This document shows, piece by piece, positions 9,377-18,540 of a stretch of 64,000 nucleotides of DNA. The notes beneath the pieces are model-generated. The model had not been told where the DNA came from. It did not search any database and saw only the letters and a program-made list of their open reading frames with translations. Position 1 is the first letter of the stretch. Each line of letters opens with the position of its first letter. The translations under genes were made by a program, and so were the position numbers. The stretch spans positions 15,460-79,459 of the forward strand of contig DASZWM010000002.1 of NCBI GenBank assembly GCA_035546615.1, read 5' to 3'. The stretch comes from Minisyncoccota bacterium (GTDB lineage Bacteria; Patescibacteriota; Minisyncoccia; Phycocordibacterales; SBAW01).

Positions 9377-9997
9377 ATGGTTATCAGCTATTTGGGGGGC
9401 CAGAATATCAAGGTCACGCAAGGGGATTTGACCCTTTCCTTCAACCCTCCGTCCAAGGACTCCGGCCTCAAGTCGGCGAAGTTCGGCTCCGACATCGTAT
9501 TCGTTTCGACCGACCACGAAGACTTCAACGGCGTTGAGAACGCGAGCTTCGGCGAACGTGAGCCGTTCGCGATAAAAGGCCCGGGCGAGTACGAGGTCCG
9601 GGGGGTCGCGGTGCGCGGCTTCGGCATGCCCACCGAATACGGCGGCAGCCCCGGCATCAATACTATATATAGCGTGGTGCTTGAAGGCATGAACCTCTGC
9701 TTCCTCGGCGCTCTCTCAAATTCAGAGCTTCCGCAGGCGGCCAAGCAGGAGCTCGACGACATCGATATCCTCTTCCTTCCCGTTGGCGGCGAAGGCATTG
9801 TCGATACGGCGGCCGGGTACAAGCTTGCGGTACAATTGGAGCCGAAAGCGGTCGTGCCCATGCCGATGGACGACGGGGCTTTGAAGAAATTCCTGAAGGA
9901 GGCGGGCGCGGAGGACACGAAGCCAACCGACAAGCTCACGCTTAAAAAGAAGGACCTCGACGGCAAACAGGGCGAAATAATGGTGCTCGCCGCATAA
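9377..9997 (+). CDS. metallo-beta-lactamase-fold protein (degenerate metal motif)
   Basis: VSTDHEDFNG lies in the HxHxDH position, and the C-terminal ILFLPVGGEGIV...AVVPMPMDD pattern is typical of MBL-fold hydrolases. Confidence 0.45.
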   Translation: MVISYLGGQNIKVTQGDLTLSFNPPSKDSGLKSAKFGSDIVFVSTDHEDFNGVENASFGEREPFAIKGPGEYEVRGVAVRGFGMPTEYGGSPGINTIYSVVLEGMNLCFLGALSNSELPQAAKQELDDIDILFLPVGGEGIVDTAAGYKLAVQLEPKAVVPMPMDDGALKKFLKEAGAEDTKPTDKLTLKKKDLDGKQGEIMVLAA

Positions 9998-10001
9998 CGA
10001 T

Positions 10002-10259
10002 ATGAAAAAGCTTATCGAAAAACTTCGCGCAGAAAGGACTCCGCATGAGCGGCGCCAAATTTCCATGCAGGTGGCCGGCGTCATGACCGCGATACTCTTT
10101 GTCGGCTGGATAGGCACGCTCGGCGTGCGCCTGGCCGGCAGCGCGCAGCCCGCAAGCGATTCGTCGCAGGCCGCGGCAACCCTGGAGGCGGTGCAGGGAA
10201 GCGCCACCTCGACATCGACGTTCCTTCCCGGGTACTCTGGATACTCAAACGGATTCTAA
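10002..10259 (+). CDS. small membrane protein, hypothetical
   Basis: One TM helix (VAGVMTAILFVGWIGTLGV); sits between the MBL-fold gene and gyrA. Confidence 0.3.
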   Translation: MKKLIEKLRAERTPHERRQISMQVAGVMTAILFVGWIGTLGVRLAGSAQPASDSSQAAATLEAVQGSATSTSTFLPGYSGYSNGF

Positions 10260-10265
10260 CCTTCC

Positions 10266-12749
10266 ATGGCTGACGACGAAACAAAGAAAGACCCCAAAGA
10301 CGGCCGCACTGACGGCGGCACCGGCATAGTCGGGCGCAACATCTCCACCGAGATGCGCGAGAGCTTCATCGACTACGCGATGTCGGTCATTACCGACCGC
10401 GCGCTTCCTGATGTGCGCGACGGATTGAAGCCCGTGCACCGCCGCATCCTCTACACCATGCATCGCCTGGGGCTCACGCCTTCGGCGCGCTTCCGCAAGT
10501 CGGCGCTCGTGGTGGGCGACGTGCTCGGCAAATACCATCCGCACGGCGACGCGTCCGTATACGACGCGATGGTAAAAATGGCGCAGGAGTTCTCCATGCG
10601 CTATCCGCTCGTGCTCGGCCAGGGCAACTTTGGTTCCGTGGACGGCGACTCGGCCGCCGCCATGCGCTACACCGAAGCGAAGATGTCCCGCATGGCGGAG
10701 CAGCTCCTCGGCGATATCGAAAAGGAAACTATCGACTGGCGCCCCAACTACGACGGCAGCCTCAAGGAGCCGGTGGTGCTTCCGGCCGCGGTGCCCAACA
10801 TTTTGCTTAACGGCACGCTCGGCATCGCTGTGGGTATGGCCACCTCTATCCCGCCGCACAACCTCACCGAGCTCTCAAACGCGCTCGTGCACCTTATTGA
10901 GAATCCCGAGGCGACGGTAGAGGACCTCATGCAGTTCGTCACCGGCCCCGACTTCCCAACAGGTGCGCTCGTATTTAATAAGAAGGACCTGCTCCACGCG
11001 TACACCACCGGCAAGGGCGGCGTGGTTACCCGCGGCGTTGCCGAAATTGTGGAGGGCAAGAAGGGCGACTATCAGATAGTCATTACCTCCATACCGTACC
11101 GCGTGAACAAGGCCGACATGATAATGCGCGTAGCCGACCTCGTGCACGAGAAGAAGCTCGAGGGCATCCGCGGCCTGCGCGACGAGTCCACCAAGGACAT
11201 CCGCATCGTAGTAGACCTGAAGCAGGGCGCGCATCCGCAGAAGGTGCTCAACTACCTCTACAAGCACACGGCGCTCGAGGACACGTTCCACTTCAACATG
11301 GTCGTGCTCGTGGACGGCGTGCCCCAGACCCTGTCGCTGAAGGGGATACTGCAGGAATTCATCAAGCACCGCCAGGACGTCGTGCGCCGCCGCACGCAGT
11401 ACGACCTTACGCAGGCGCAGGCCCGCGAGCATATATTGCTCGGCCTCAAGAAGGCGCTCGACCATATCGACGAGATAATCAAGCTCATCCGCGCATCCCG
11501 GGACGTGGCCGACGCACACGCAAACCTGATGAAGAAGTTCAAGTTCTCCGAACTGCAGGCGACCGCCATTCTTGAAATGCGCCTCCAGAAGCTCGCCAAC
11601 CTCGAGCGCAAGAAGATAGAGGACGAATTGAAAGAGGTTCAGGCCCTTATCGAAGAGCTCACGAGCCTGCTGAAGAGCGAAAAGAAGATGATGACGGTCA
11701 TCCGCGGCGAAATAGAGGACATCAACAAGAAATACGGCGACGAGCGCAACACCAAGGTGGTAAAGGGCGCGGCAGGCGTCATTAACGTCGAGGACCTCGT
11801 GCCCGACGAGGAGCAAGTGCTCGTGCTCACCCAGGGCGGCTATGTAAAGCGCACCAACCCCGACGAGTTCCGCAAGCAAAAGCGCGGCGGCGTGGGCGTC
11901 ATCGACCTCGATACCAAGGAGGAGGACTTCGTAACGAACTTCCTCACGACCTCGACGCACTCGGACCTGCTCTTTTTCACCAACGCGGGCAAGGCGTACC
12001 AGCTGAAGTTCTACGAGATCCCCGAAGGCAAGCGCTCCACCAAGGGCCGCCCTATTGTGAACTTCCTCTCCGTTACCCCCGAAGAGCGCGTTACCTCGGT
12101 GCTCCCTATGCGCAAGAACCAGAAGGAGGGCGAGAAATTCCTCTACATGATAACCAAGCAGGGCGTCGTGAAGAAATGCGACGCGACTGCCTTCCACGAT
12201 GTGCGCCGCTCCGGCCTCATCGCGCAGAAGCTCCAGAAGAACGACGAGCTCATCGCGGCACTCTTGGTGGAGAAGGGCGATGAAATATTCCTTTCGACCG
12301 CCAAGGGGCAGTCTATCCGCTTCAAGGAGTCCGACGTGCGCCCGATGGGCCGCGCGGCCGGAGGCGTGCGCGGCATGAAGCTCAGCGGCGGCGATACCAT
12401 CGTGGGTGCCGATGTGGTTAAGAAGGGAGTAAAGAACCAGGAAGTGCTCGTCATTTCACGCAACGGCTACGGCAAGACGACCGCGACCGAAGAATATAAG
12501 AACCAGAACCGCGGCGGCTCCGGCATCAAGACCATGAATATGACCCCCAAGACCGGCCCGCTTATCGCTGCGCGCATCATCACCAAGGAAGATGGCGTGG
12601 GTGAGGACGAGATCGTGGTCATATCTAAAAAAGGCCAGGTCATCCGCACCGAGCTTAAGGAGATCCCCAGCCTTTCCCGCAGCACGCAGGGCGTACGCGT
12701 TATGAAGCTCCGCGAAGGCGATGCGATAGCAAGCTTCGTTTGTCTATAG
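10266..12749 (+). CDS. gyrA: DNA gyrase subunit A
   Basis: [21 protein letters not shown] active-site region, the catalytic Tyr region [10 protein letters not shown], and C-terminal beta-pinwheel repeats. 827 aa. Confidence 0.95.
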   Translation: MADDETKKDPKDGRTDGGTGIVGRNISTEMRESFIDYAMSVITDRALPDVRDGLKPVHRRILYTMHRLGLTPSARFRKSALVVGDVLGKYHPHGDASVYDAMVKMAQEFSMRYPLVLGQGNFGSVDGDSAAAMRYTEAKMSRMAEQLLGDIEKETIDWRPNYDGSLKEPVVLPAAVPNILLNGTLGIAVGMATSIPPHNLTELSNALVHLIENPEATVEDLMQFVTGPDFPTGALVFNKKDLLHAYTTGKGGVVTRGVAEIVEGKKGDYQIVITSIPYRVNKADMIMRVADLVHEKKLEGIRGLRDESTKDIRIVVDLKQGAHPQKVLNYLYKHTALEDTFHFNMVVLVDGVPQTLSLKGILQEFIKHRQDVVRRRTQYDLTQAQAREHILLGLKKALDHIDEIIKLIRASRDVADAHANLMKKFKFSELQATAILEMRLQKLANLERKKIEDELKEVQALIEELTSLLKSEKKMMTVIRGEIEDINKKYGDERNTKVVKGAAGVINVEDLVPDEEQVLVLTQGGYVKRTNPDEFRKQKRGGVGVIDLDTKEEDFVTNFLTTSTHSDLLFFTNAGKAYQLKFYEIPEGKRSTKGRPIVNFLSVTPEERVTSVLPMRKNQKEGEKFLYMITKQGVVKKCDATAFHDVRRSGLIAQKLQKNDELIAALLVEKGDEIFLSTAKGQSIRFKESDVRPMGRAAGGVRGMKLSGGDTIVGADVVKKGVKNQEVLVISRNGYGKTTATEEYKNQNRGGSGIKTMNMTPKTGPLIAARIITKEDGVGEDEIVVISKKGQVIRTELKEIPSLSRSTQGVRVMKLREGDAIASFVCL

Positions 12750-12752
12750 GAT

Positions 12753-13346
12753 ATGGATACTACCACTCAGGCGTATCTTGAAATTCTGGAGAAAACAAAT
12801 CAGCAATTAAGTCTTTGGTATAACCCATATGGTCTAATGGTGGCAGTATTGACTGGCCTAGTAGCGGCACTTGCAATTGTTTTTGCTTTTATTTTATGGA
12901 GACAGCAGAAAGAATATAAAGATGCTTTTAAAGATTTTCTCGCTGAACGTAAAAAGTTCGCCAATAGTGAGATAGCAAAGGCAATAGTAGAAGCCGGAAA
13001 AGTGCTTGACGATAAAATTATAGAAGCGGACAAACAACTCAAAGATATAAAAGACTCAAGTAGCAAAACAAAAAAAGACATTGAGAAGGAAATTCAAGAA
13101 CTCAAAAAGTCCAGAGAATCTTTGCAGTCAGGTAGTGCGATTTTTCGTAGTGGAGGTGTGAGCGGCCCAATATATGGCACCGCTGCGAGTTCTATTTTGG
13201 GAGTAGCTTCTGGCGCGAATAGTACAACCGTTTGGGATCCAACTTCTAGTGTATTTAGTGCTGTTGGTAAAATATGTGGTTTTTGTGGAACTCAGAATTA
13301 TCCTGGCGCACAATTCTGTTTCTCTTGTGGGAACCCCCTTGGATAA
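12753..13346 (+). CDS. membrane-anchored coiled-coil protein with C-terminal zinc ribbon (AT-rich gene)
   Basis: One TM helix, a K/E-rich coiled coil, and a C-terminal CGFCGTQNYPGAQFCFSCGNPL C4 ribbon. Local GC is much lower than the flanks. Confidence 0.5.
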   Translation: MDTTTQAYLEILEKTNQQLSLWYNPYGLMVAVLTGLVAALAIVFAFILWRQQKEYKDAFKDFLAERKKFANSEIAKAIVEAGKVLDDKIIEADKQLKDIKDSSSKTKKDIEKEIQELKKSRESLQSGSAIFRSGGVSGPIYGTAASSILGVASGANSTTVWDPTSSVFSAVGKICGFCGTQNYPGAQFCFSCGNPLG

Positions 13347-13383
13347 AAAGTTCTTGTCTTCCTAGAAAGAATCTAATCACTAT

Positions 13384-14358
13384 ATGAAAATAAAGATTGA
13401 AGAATTGCGGCAATTAATGGTTAAAATTCTTGCGGGCAAGTATTACTCGCAGGAGGAGGCAGAAAAGATTGCCGAAGTTTTTCTTTATGCTGAATTGTCC
13501 GGTAAAAATACACAAGGAGTTCTTAAACTTCTTGGTTCTGAGCCGGCTCAAAATATACAGCCCAAGTATCTTCCTAAGATTATAAAAGAGACAAAAGTAT
13601 CTGCGCTTGTAGACGGAGGCGGAGCGGCCGGACCTTTGGCAGCTCAATTTGCACTAGATAAGGCGATTTCATTGGCTAAAGAGACTGGAGTAGGAATTGT
13701 GGGTTTAAACAATACTTTTTCTAGCGTAGGAGTTATGGGATTTTATGCTCGCAAGATGGCCCAAGCAAATCTGATAAGTATTGTGAGTGCAAGTTCACCC
13801 AGAGCAATTGTTCCTGCGGGAGGTATTGAGCCAGCTTTTGGCACAAACCCCATAGCATTTGGTTTCCCTACAGAAGAATATCCAATCGTTTTTGATATGG
13901 CGTCTTCGGCTATCACTTGGTATGGGCTTGTTCGTGCAAAAGCCCTTGGTCAAAAGCTACCCGAAAATGTCGCGATTGATAAAGAAGGAAACATAACAAC
14001 TGATCCTGAGGCGGCAATGGCTGGAGCTATTTTACCTTTTGATCGCTCTTACAAAGGTTCTGGGCTGGCTATGGTCGTTGAACTCTTAGCGGGAGCTTTT
14101 ACAGGTGCATCGGTTGTATTTGACGAAGGTGACTGGGGAACTTCCTTTATTGCCTTTAGTCCCGATCTTGTTATTGGCACTGAGCAATTCAAGAAAAAGT
14201 CCTCAGAGCTGGTAAAGAAAGTAAAAGCAGGCAAAACCAAAGCAGGAGAGAGCATACATATCGCCGGTTATGACAGCGAGGCAAAGCTAAAAGAGATCAA
14301 TGATTCAGGAGAGATAGAGATTGAAGATAAAATTCTCGATCAACTAAAGACTTTGTAA
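13384..14358 (+). CDS. Ldh_2 family (malate/L-lactate dehydrogenase type 2) oxidoreductase
   Basis: YKGSGLAMVVELLAGAFTG and IEPAFGTNPIAFGFP are characteristic of the Ldh_2 family. Confidence 0.65.
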   Translation: MKIKIEELRQLMVKILAGKYYSQEEAEKIAEVFLYAELSGKNTQGVLKLLGSEPAQNIQPKYLPKIIKETKVSALVDGGGAAGPLAAQFALDKAISLAKETGVGIVGLNNTFSSVGVMGFYARKMAQANLISIVSASSPRAIVPAGGIEPAFGTNPIAFGFPTEEYPIVFDMASSAITWYGLVRAKALGQKLPENVAIDKEGNITTDPEAAMAGAILPFDRSYKGSGLAMVVELLAGAFTGASVVFDEGDWGTSFIAFSPDLVIGTEQFKKKSSELVKKVKAGKTKAGESIHIAGYDSEAKLKEINDSGEIEIEDKILDQLKTL

Positions 14359-14365
14359 TAAGAAT

Positions 14366-14905
14366 ATGAAATTTGGGAACTTGAAATTTGCGCCTGCCAT
14401 TGAACACCCAGAACTTTTGGCTGCTCCTGTTGCTAGTGCACTTACGAGTTTGTCCATCGCTGATGTTGGTGTCGCAGAAATCGACCCAGCTCTCTCCGAC
14501 ACCGCAGCATTTTGCGAGAAGTACGCCGTTGTGCCTGCCCAGGCTGCTAATTGTGTAGTGCTTAAGTACAAAAAAGGCGAAGAGTCGGCCTTTGTCGCAT
14601 GCGTGATTTTGGCAACCACTCGTGCTGATGTGAACGGCCTGGTGCGCAAGGTACTCGACATCAAAAAGATTTCTTTTGCGCCCATGGAGGAAGCCGTGGC
14701 AGGAAGCTCGATGGAATTTGGAGCAATAACTCCTATCGGTTTACCAGCTAATTGGCCAATTTTAATAGACAAAGCCGTTGTCGATTCTCCTGGGGTTATA
14801 ATCGGGAGCGGAATTCGCAAATCTAAATTAGGTTTACCGGGCAGAGTTCTTGCTTCACTGCCGAACATACAAATACTTGAAGGGCTAGGTCAGGTAAAGA
14901 CATAA
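14366..14905 (+). CDS. YbaK/ProX-type aminoacyl-tRNA deacylase domain protein
   Basis: The fold pattern CVVLKYKKGEESAFVACVILATTRADVNGL...GAITPIGLP resembles Cys-tRNA(Pro) deacylases. Confidence 0.55.
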   Translation: MKFGNLKFAPAIEHPELLAAPVASALTSLSIADVGVAEIDPALSDTAAFCEKYAVVPAQAANCVVLKYKKGEESAFVACVILATTRADVNGLVRKVLDIKKISFAPMEEAVAGSSMEFGAITPIGLPANWPILIDKAVVDSPGVIIGSGIRKSKLGLPGRVLASLPNIQILEGLGQVKT

Positions 14906-14912
14906 TAAATAT

Positions 14913-15167
14913 ATGAGCAAAGGAGATACAGTACCGCCAGTTCCTTCGGACGCTCCTCAGGTAGGAGAGGTCTTTAAGCATTACAAAGGGGACCCATACC
15001 GCGTCGTAGCGCTCGCGCTCCATTCCAACGACGACGAGTGGATGGTGGTGTACGAGCCCATATACGAAAATCCGGCCGCGCCCATGTTTACCCGGCCGGT
15101 TCGGGAGTGGGGAGAGGAAGTAGAGTGGGAAGGCAAAAAAGTGAAGCGCTTTCAAAAAACAGCTTAA
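14913..15167 (+). CDS. DUF1653-like small protein
   Basis: HYKGDPYRVVALALHSNDDEWMVVYEPIY matches the DUF1653 core. Confidence 0.5.
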   Translation: MSKGDTVPPVPSDAPQVGEVFKHYKGDPYRVVALALHSNDDEWMVVYEPIYENPAAPMFTRPVREWGEEVEWEGKKVKRFQKTA

Positions 15168-15199
15168 TTCTTTATTTTAGCTTTTTGCAAAAAACTAAA

Positions 15200-15604
15200 A
15201 TGAAAAAGACCGTCATCTTCGACATGTACGGCGTGCTGGTGCGCCGGAACTTTTTCATAAACGAGGAGGAAGATACGGAGATGGTCGCGCTTGTGCGGGA
15301 GCTTAAAGAAAGGGGAACTCAGCTTCTGCTACTTTCCAATATCTATATATGGAACTCGGCGCACTTCAAAAGGAAGTACCGCTTTTTGGAGCTGTTCGAC
15401 AGGCTCTACTTCTCTTCCGACACTCACTTTTCCAAGCCCGACCCGGCGGCATTCCGAATGGTGCTTGAGGAAAATAACCTAAGCTCCGAAGACTGCGTCT
15501 TTTTTGACGACACAAAGGCCAATGTAGAAGGGGCGAAAGCCCTCGGCATAGAAGCGTATGTGTTTGAAGGCCCGGATGCGACAAGAAAAGCATTGGGTAT
15601 GTAG
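15200..15604 (+). CDS. HAD-superfamily hydrolase
   Basis: Motif I IFDMYGVL (DxD-type nucleophile), the LLLSN and K regions, and the motif IV FFDD. Confidence 0.7.
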   Translation: MKKTVIFDMYGVLVRRNFFINEEEDTEMVALVRELKERGTQLLLLSNIYIWNSAHFKRKYRFLELFDRLYFSSDTHFSKPDPAAFRMVLEENNLSSEDCVFFDDTKANVEGAKALGIEAYVFEGPDATRKALGM

Positions 15605-15646
15605 GAGAGGGACGAAAAGGGATATTTAATGCTATAACACCGGAAG

Positions 15647-16066
15647 ATGAATAGTGGAAAGGGGGCAGCGATGCCGAAAATCGAAATCGACAAGATGATG
15701 CTGGCTCGGGTGGAGGGGAGAAAGCTCCTGTTCGCCCGCACGCGCGGCCTGGATACCTTTTACAGCCTGGGCGGCAAGCGCGAGCCGGGCGAAACGGATG
15801 AGCAGGCACTGGTACGCGAAGTGCTGGAAGAGGCGAACGTCCGCATAGACCCCGCTACCATTAAGCACGTACAGACCTTTGAAGGGCCCGCCCCGGACGG
15901 CCGTTGGATGCGCATGACCTGCTACGACGCGGAATTTGAGGGCGTCATGACGCCTTCAAGCGAAATAGAGGAGTTCAAATATCTGAGCTCAACCGATAAG
16001 CAGCTGACAACCCAGATGGGCGCCATGCTCCTGGACTGGTTCAAGGAACAAGACCTCATCGACTGA
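15647..16066 (+). CDS. NUDIX hydrolase
   Basis: Nudix box GGKREPGETDEQALVREVLEEANV. Confidence 0.8.
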   Translation: MNSGKGAAMPKIEIDKMMLARVEGRKLLFARTRGLDTFYSLGGKREPGETDEQALVREVLEEANVRIDPATIKHVQTFEGPAPDGRWMRMTCYDAEFEGVMTPSSEIEEFKYLSSTDKQLTTQMGAMLLDWFKEQDLID

Positions 16067-16111
16067 CAATATTCGTTCTATACTATAGCCAGTCTGAACA
16101 GGGAGAAATAC

Positions 16112-16306
16112 ATGAGCGATCGGCGAGATTTCGACGACAGCGACTTTCCAATCCGCGGTGGGGGAAAGCAGCCGTGGAGCTTAAAGATCTCGCGCCAGGA
16201 AGTGGAAGCCGCCGTAGAGGAGGGCAACCTTCTGCGCATGCTCGACCAAGAAGTGACTGTGACGCCGGAGGTCATCCTGATGATCGAAGCAGCACGTCGC
16301 TTATAG
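16112..16306 (+). CDS. small hypothetical protein
   Basis: A 64-aa ORF followed by a strong terminator. Confidence 0.3.
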   Translation: MSDRRDFDDSDFPIRGGGKQPWSLKISRQEVEAAVEEGNLLRMLDQEVTVTPEVILMIEAARRL

Positions 16307-16328
16307 GCGACTTCGCCACTGAAAACTA

Positions 16329-16360
16329 AAAGGCCGCCCATGGGCGGCCTTTTGCTTTTG
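16329..16360. terminator. bidirectional rho-independent terminator
   Basis: AGGCCGCCCatgGGCGGCCT flanked by A and T runs, between convergent genes. Confidence 0.7.
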
Positions 16361-16385
16361 TCGTAAGGAACAGGTCGGGCCATAG

Positions 16386-17033
16386 CTAGGCCGTGCGGAA
16401 GCGCCCCGCGCCAACCCACTCGTCTTGGCCCTTGGGCTTGGGGTAGTCGTAGCGCTCGCGAGCCGACCAGACGTCGACCCGGTGACAGAACGAAGCTAGC
16501 TCGTTCATAACCCGGCGCTTGGACGAGTAGTCCGTGTACTCGCCCTCCACGTACGTCAGCGCGTTCATCTGGTAGTCGGTGAGAACGATTCCGTATTCGC
16601 GCAGCTTCTGCTCGCGGAAGCGCCGGAACGCCTCCTTGGTCTGCAAGCCTTCCGCGTTGCTGGCTTCTCCGTTCTTAACTTGGATTCGCCACGGCTTCTC
16701 CAGGTCGTGAAGGAAGAATATCAGCGTGAAATCGTCGAGCTCAAAGCGCATTGGCCTTCCGAAGGCCTTCTCGAACTCGTACAGGTGTCGCCCGTAGTTG
16801 AGGCCGTCGGTGATGTGGTCGATGTAGCCGCCTGCCCACGTTTGATGGTTGTGGGTTGAACCCTGAGCCTTCTCGAAGAGCTTGCGATTATCCTGCAGGA
16901 TGCGTTCGCAAGCGCCCCTCAGGCTGGTATCGCGGATATGAGTCAGGCATTCATCGATAGTTTCGTAGTCGAAACCGAGGTTTATGGTCCGCACGGCTGT
17001 CTCCCTGGGTTTTGAAAGGACTGTTTTTACCAT
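16386..17033 (-). CDS. HD-domain-like hypothetical protein
   Basis: An H...HD arrangement (STHNHQ ... FFLHDLEK). Confidence 0.4.
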   Translation of the reverse strand: MVKTVLSKPRETAVRTINLGFDYETIDECLTHIRDTSLRGACERILQDNRKLFEKAQGSTHNHQTWAGGYIDHITDGLNYGRHLYEFEKAFGRPMRFELDDFTLIFFLHDLEKPWRIQVKNGEASNAEGLQTKEAFRRFREQKLREYGIVLTDYQMNALTYVEGEYTDYSSKRRVMNELASFCHRVDVWSARERYDYPKPKGQDEWVGAGRFRTA

Positions 17034-17075
17034 ACCACCTTGTAAGGTTTTAATGAACGGCGCGTCAAAAGGGGT

Positions 17076-17495
17076 ATGAAATTACAATTTTTTGCGGGAT
17101 TTTTAGTAGCTATCTTGGCACTTGTGGGCGTTTGGGCGTATGCCTCTTGGGACCGCAACAAGATGCTGGACGGACAGGCGAACCAAAATATAGTTTCTAA
17201 TGACGCCTCATCTTCTCCCGCGACCGGCGGCAAAAAGTCGCCTACTTCGGAAACTTTGACCGGCACCATTGAGTGCCTCCCGCATAAGGGCGACGGCCCC
17301 CACACTATGGAATGCGCCGTCGGCATCAAGACCGACCAGGGCCAGCACTACGCCCTCACCATGTTCGACTATCCGTCCGCTGCCGACGTTGGCGACCATG
17401 TGAAGCTCGTCGGAGTTACCGTAACTACAGACGAACTTCATGCGAGCTATGACATAGTCGGTACATTCCAGGTCGCAAGCGTTGAAAAGATATGA
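17076..17495 (+). CDS. secreted or membrane-anchored hypothetical protein
   Basis: N-terminal hydrophobic segment FFAGFLVAILALVGVWAYA. Confidence 0.5.
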   Translation: MKLQFFAGFLVAILALVGVWAYASWDRNKMLDGQANQNIVSNDASSSPATGGKKSPTSETLTGTIECLPHKGDGPHTMECAVGIKTDQGQHYALTMFDYPSAADVGDHVKLVGVTVTTDELHASYDIVGTFQVASVEKI

Positions 17496-17608
17496 AAGCG
17501 CGCATCGTAAAAATGAAAAACGAATACGGAGGGGAGCTGACGGTCATCCTGATAGCGCTTGCGGCGGTATTGGCCTACGCGTTCTGGGGCTCGCTGCTCA
17601 TCAAGTAA
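17492..17608 (+). CDS. small membrane peptide (38 aa), hypothetical
   Basis: ATGA overlap with the upstream stop; one TM helix (LTVILIALAAVLAYAFWGSLLI); terminator follows. Confidence 0.3.
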   Translation: MKARIVKMKNEYGGELTVILIALAAVLAYAFWGSLLIK

Positions 17609-17615
17609 TAACAGT

Positions 17616-17640
17616 ACAAGCCCCCGCGGGGGCTTGTTTA
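17616..17640 (+). terminator. rho-independent terminator
   Basis: CAAGCCCCCGCGGGGGCTTG followed by TTT. Confidence 0.6.
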
Positions 17641-17901
17641 GAATTCGCGACCGAACCATTTCCCCTGATGCGGAGGCGCATCGTCCTCCATATCGCCCGG
17701 GGATGTGCTGACCGCCGCCTTTCGCATAAGAGCCGTCTGGATGATGGTGTTGAGGTGCTCCGCTCTCGCGCGGTAGACAAGCACCGCGCCTCTCTTCACG
17801 TCATATCGCCGGTAGGCCTTGATCCCTGCCGCCGTCAATTCGCGGCGTATCGCCAGAACCGTTCTCTTGGCGGCTCTGACTTTTAGAACAGTCTCCTTCA
17901 T
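17638..17901 (-). CDS. small basic hypothetical protein (87 aa)
   Basis: ATG preceded by GGAG. The N-terminal part of the track ORF overlaps the methyltransferase gene, so the start was placed at the internal Met. Confidence 0.4.
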   Translation of the reverse strand: MKETVLKVRAAKRTVLAIRRELTAAGIKAYRRYDVKRGAVLVYRARAEHLNTIIQTALMRKAAVSTSPGDMEDDAPPHQGKWFGREF

Positions 17902-17960
17902 TGCCGCTCCTGCCGCAGTATGCGCCTGAACCGACACGACTATACCATGCGTTCGTGGGG

Positions 17961-17966
17961 TATACT
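17961..17966 (+). promoter_or_regulatory. -10-like TATACT box 7 nt upstream of the methyltransferase ATG
   Basis: TATACTtatacgcATG. Confidence 0.3.
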
Positions 17967-17973
17967 TATACGC

Positions 17974-18531
17974 ATGGCAGAGAGTACTTTTTTGCACCCG
18001 GGTGCGGCGGTGCGAGCGGCCGGCATACATGAGGGGCTGCTCGTAGCCGACTTCGGGGCGGGGTCCGGCTTTTTTACCCGGGCGGCGGCGCGCGAGGTAG
18101 GCGATGCGGGCGCAGTGTGGGCGGTAGACCAGAATCGCGACCTGTTGCCGCGCATCAAGAACCTTTCGGCAGGCGAAGGACTCAACAATGTAGAGGTTAT
18201 GCACGGCGATATCGAGGTGGTGGGCGGCACCAACCTGCCGGAGAACCATTTCGACTTCGTTATTCTCGCCAACGTGCTTTTCATGCTCTCCGAGCGCGGC
18301 GAATGCATGGCGGAGATGCGCCGTGTGCTCAAAAAGACCGGCCGCGTTCTTGTTATCGACTGGAAGGATTCATTCGGGGGCCTTGGGCCGCATCCGGACC
18401 ATGTGATCACTCAGGAAGCGGCACAGGCGCTGTTTGAAAAGCACGGCTTCACCATGGGCCCCGCGGTGCCGGCGGGCGAGTATCATTGGGGATTTGTCGT
18501 TCGCAAAAAAGCCGCGCAGGGCGCATTATAG
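17974..18531 (+). CDS. class I SAM-dependent methyltransferase
   Basis: Motif I VADFGAGSGFFT, the motif-post-I acidic residue, and a DW motif. Confidence 0.75.
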   Translation: MAESTFLHPGAAVRAAGIHEGLLVADFGAGSGFFTRAAAREVGDAGAVWAVDQNRDLLPRIKNLSAGEGLNNVEVMHGDIEVVGGTNLPENHFDFVILANVLFMLSERGECMAEMRRVLKKTGRVLVIDWKDSFGGLGPHPDHVITQEAAQALFEKHGFTMGPAVPAGEYHWGFVVRKKAAQGAL

Positions 18532-18540
18532 ATACAGGAT

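Noticed and set aside
10875-12197. A 440-aa minus-strand ORF inside gyrA.
   Set aside because: Antisense shadow ORF.
17638-18249. The full 203-aa minus-strand ORF from the track.
   Set aside because: Its N-terminal two thirds overlap the well-supported plus-strand SAM methyltransferase. Only the C-terminal 87-aa portion, from an internal ATG with a GGAG upstream, is retained.
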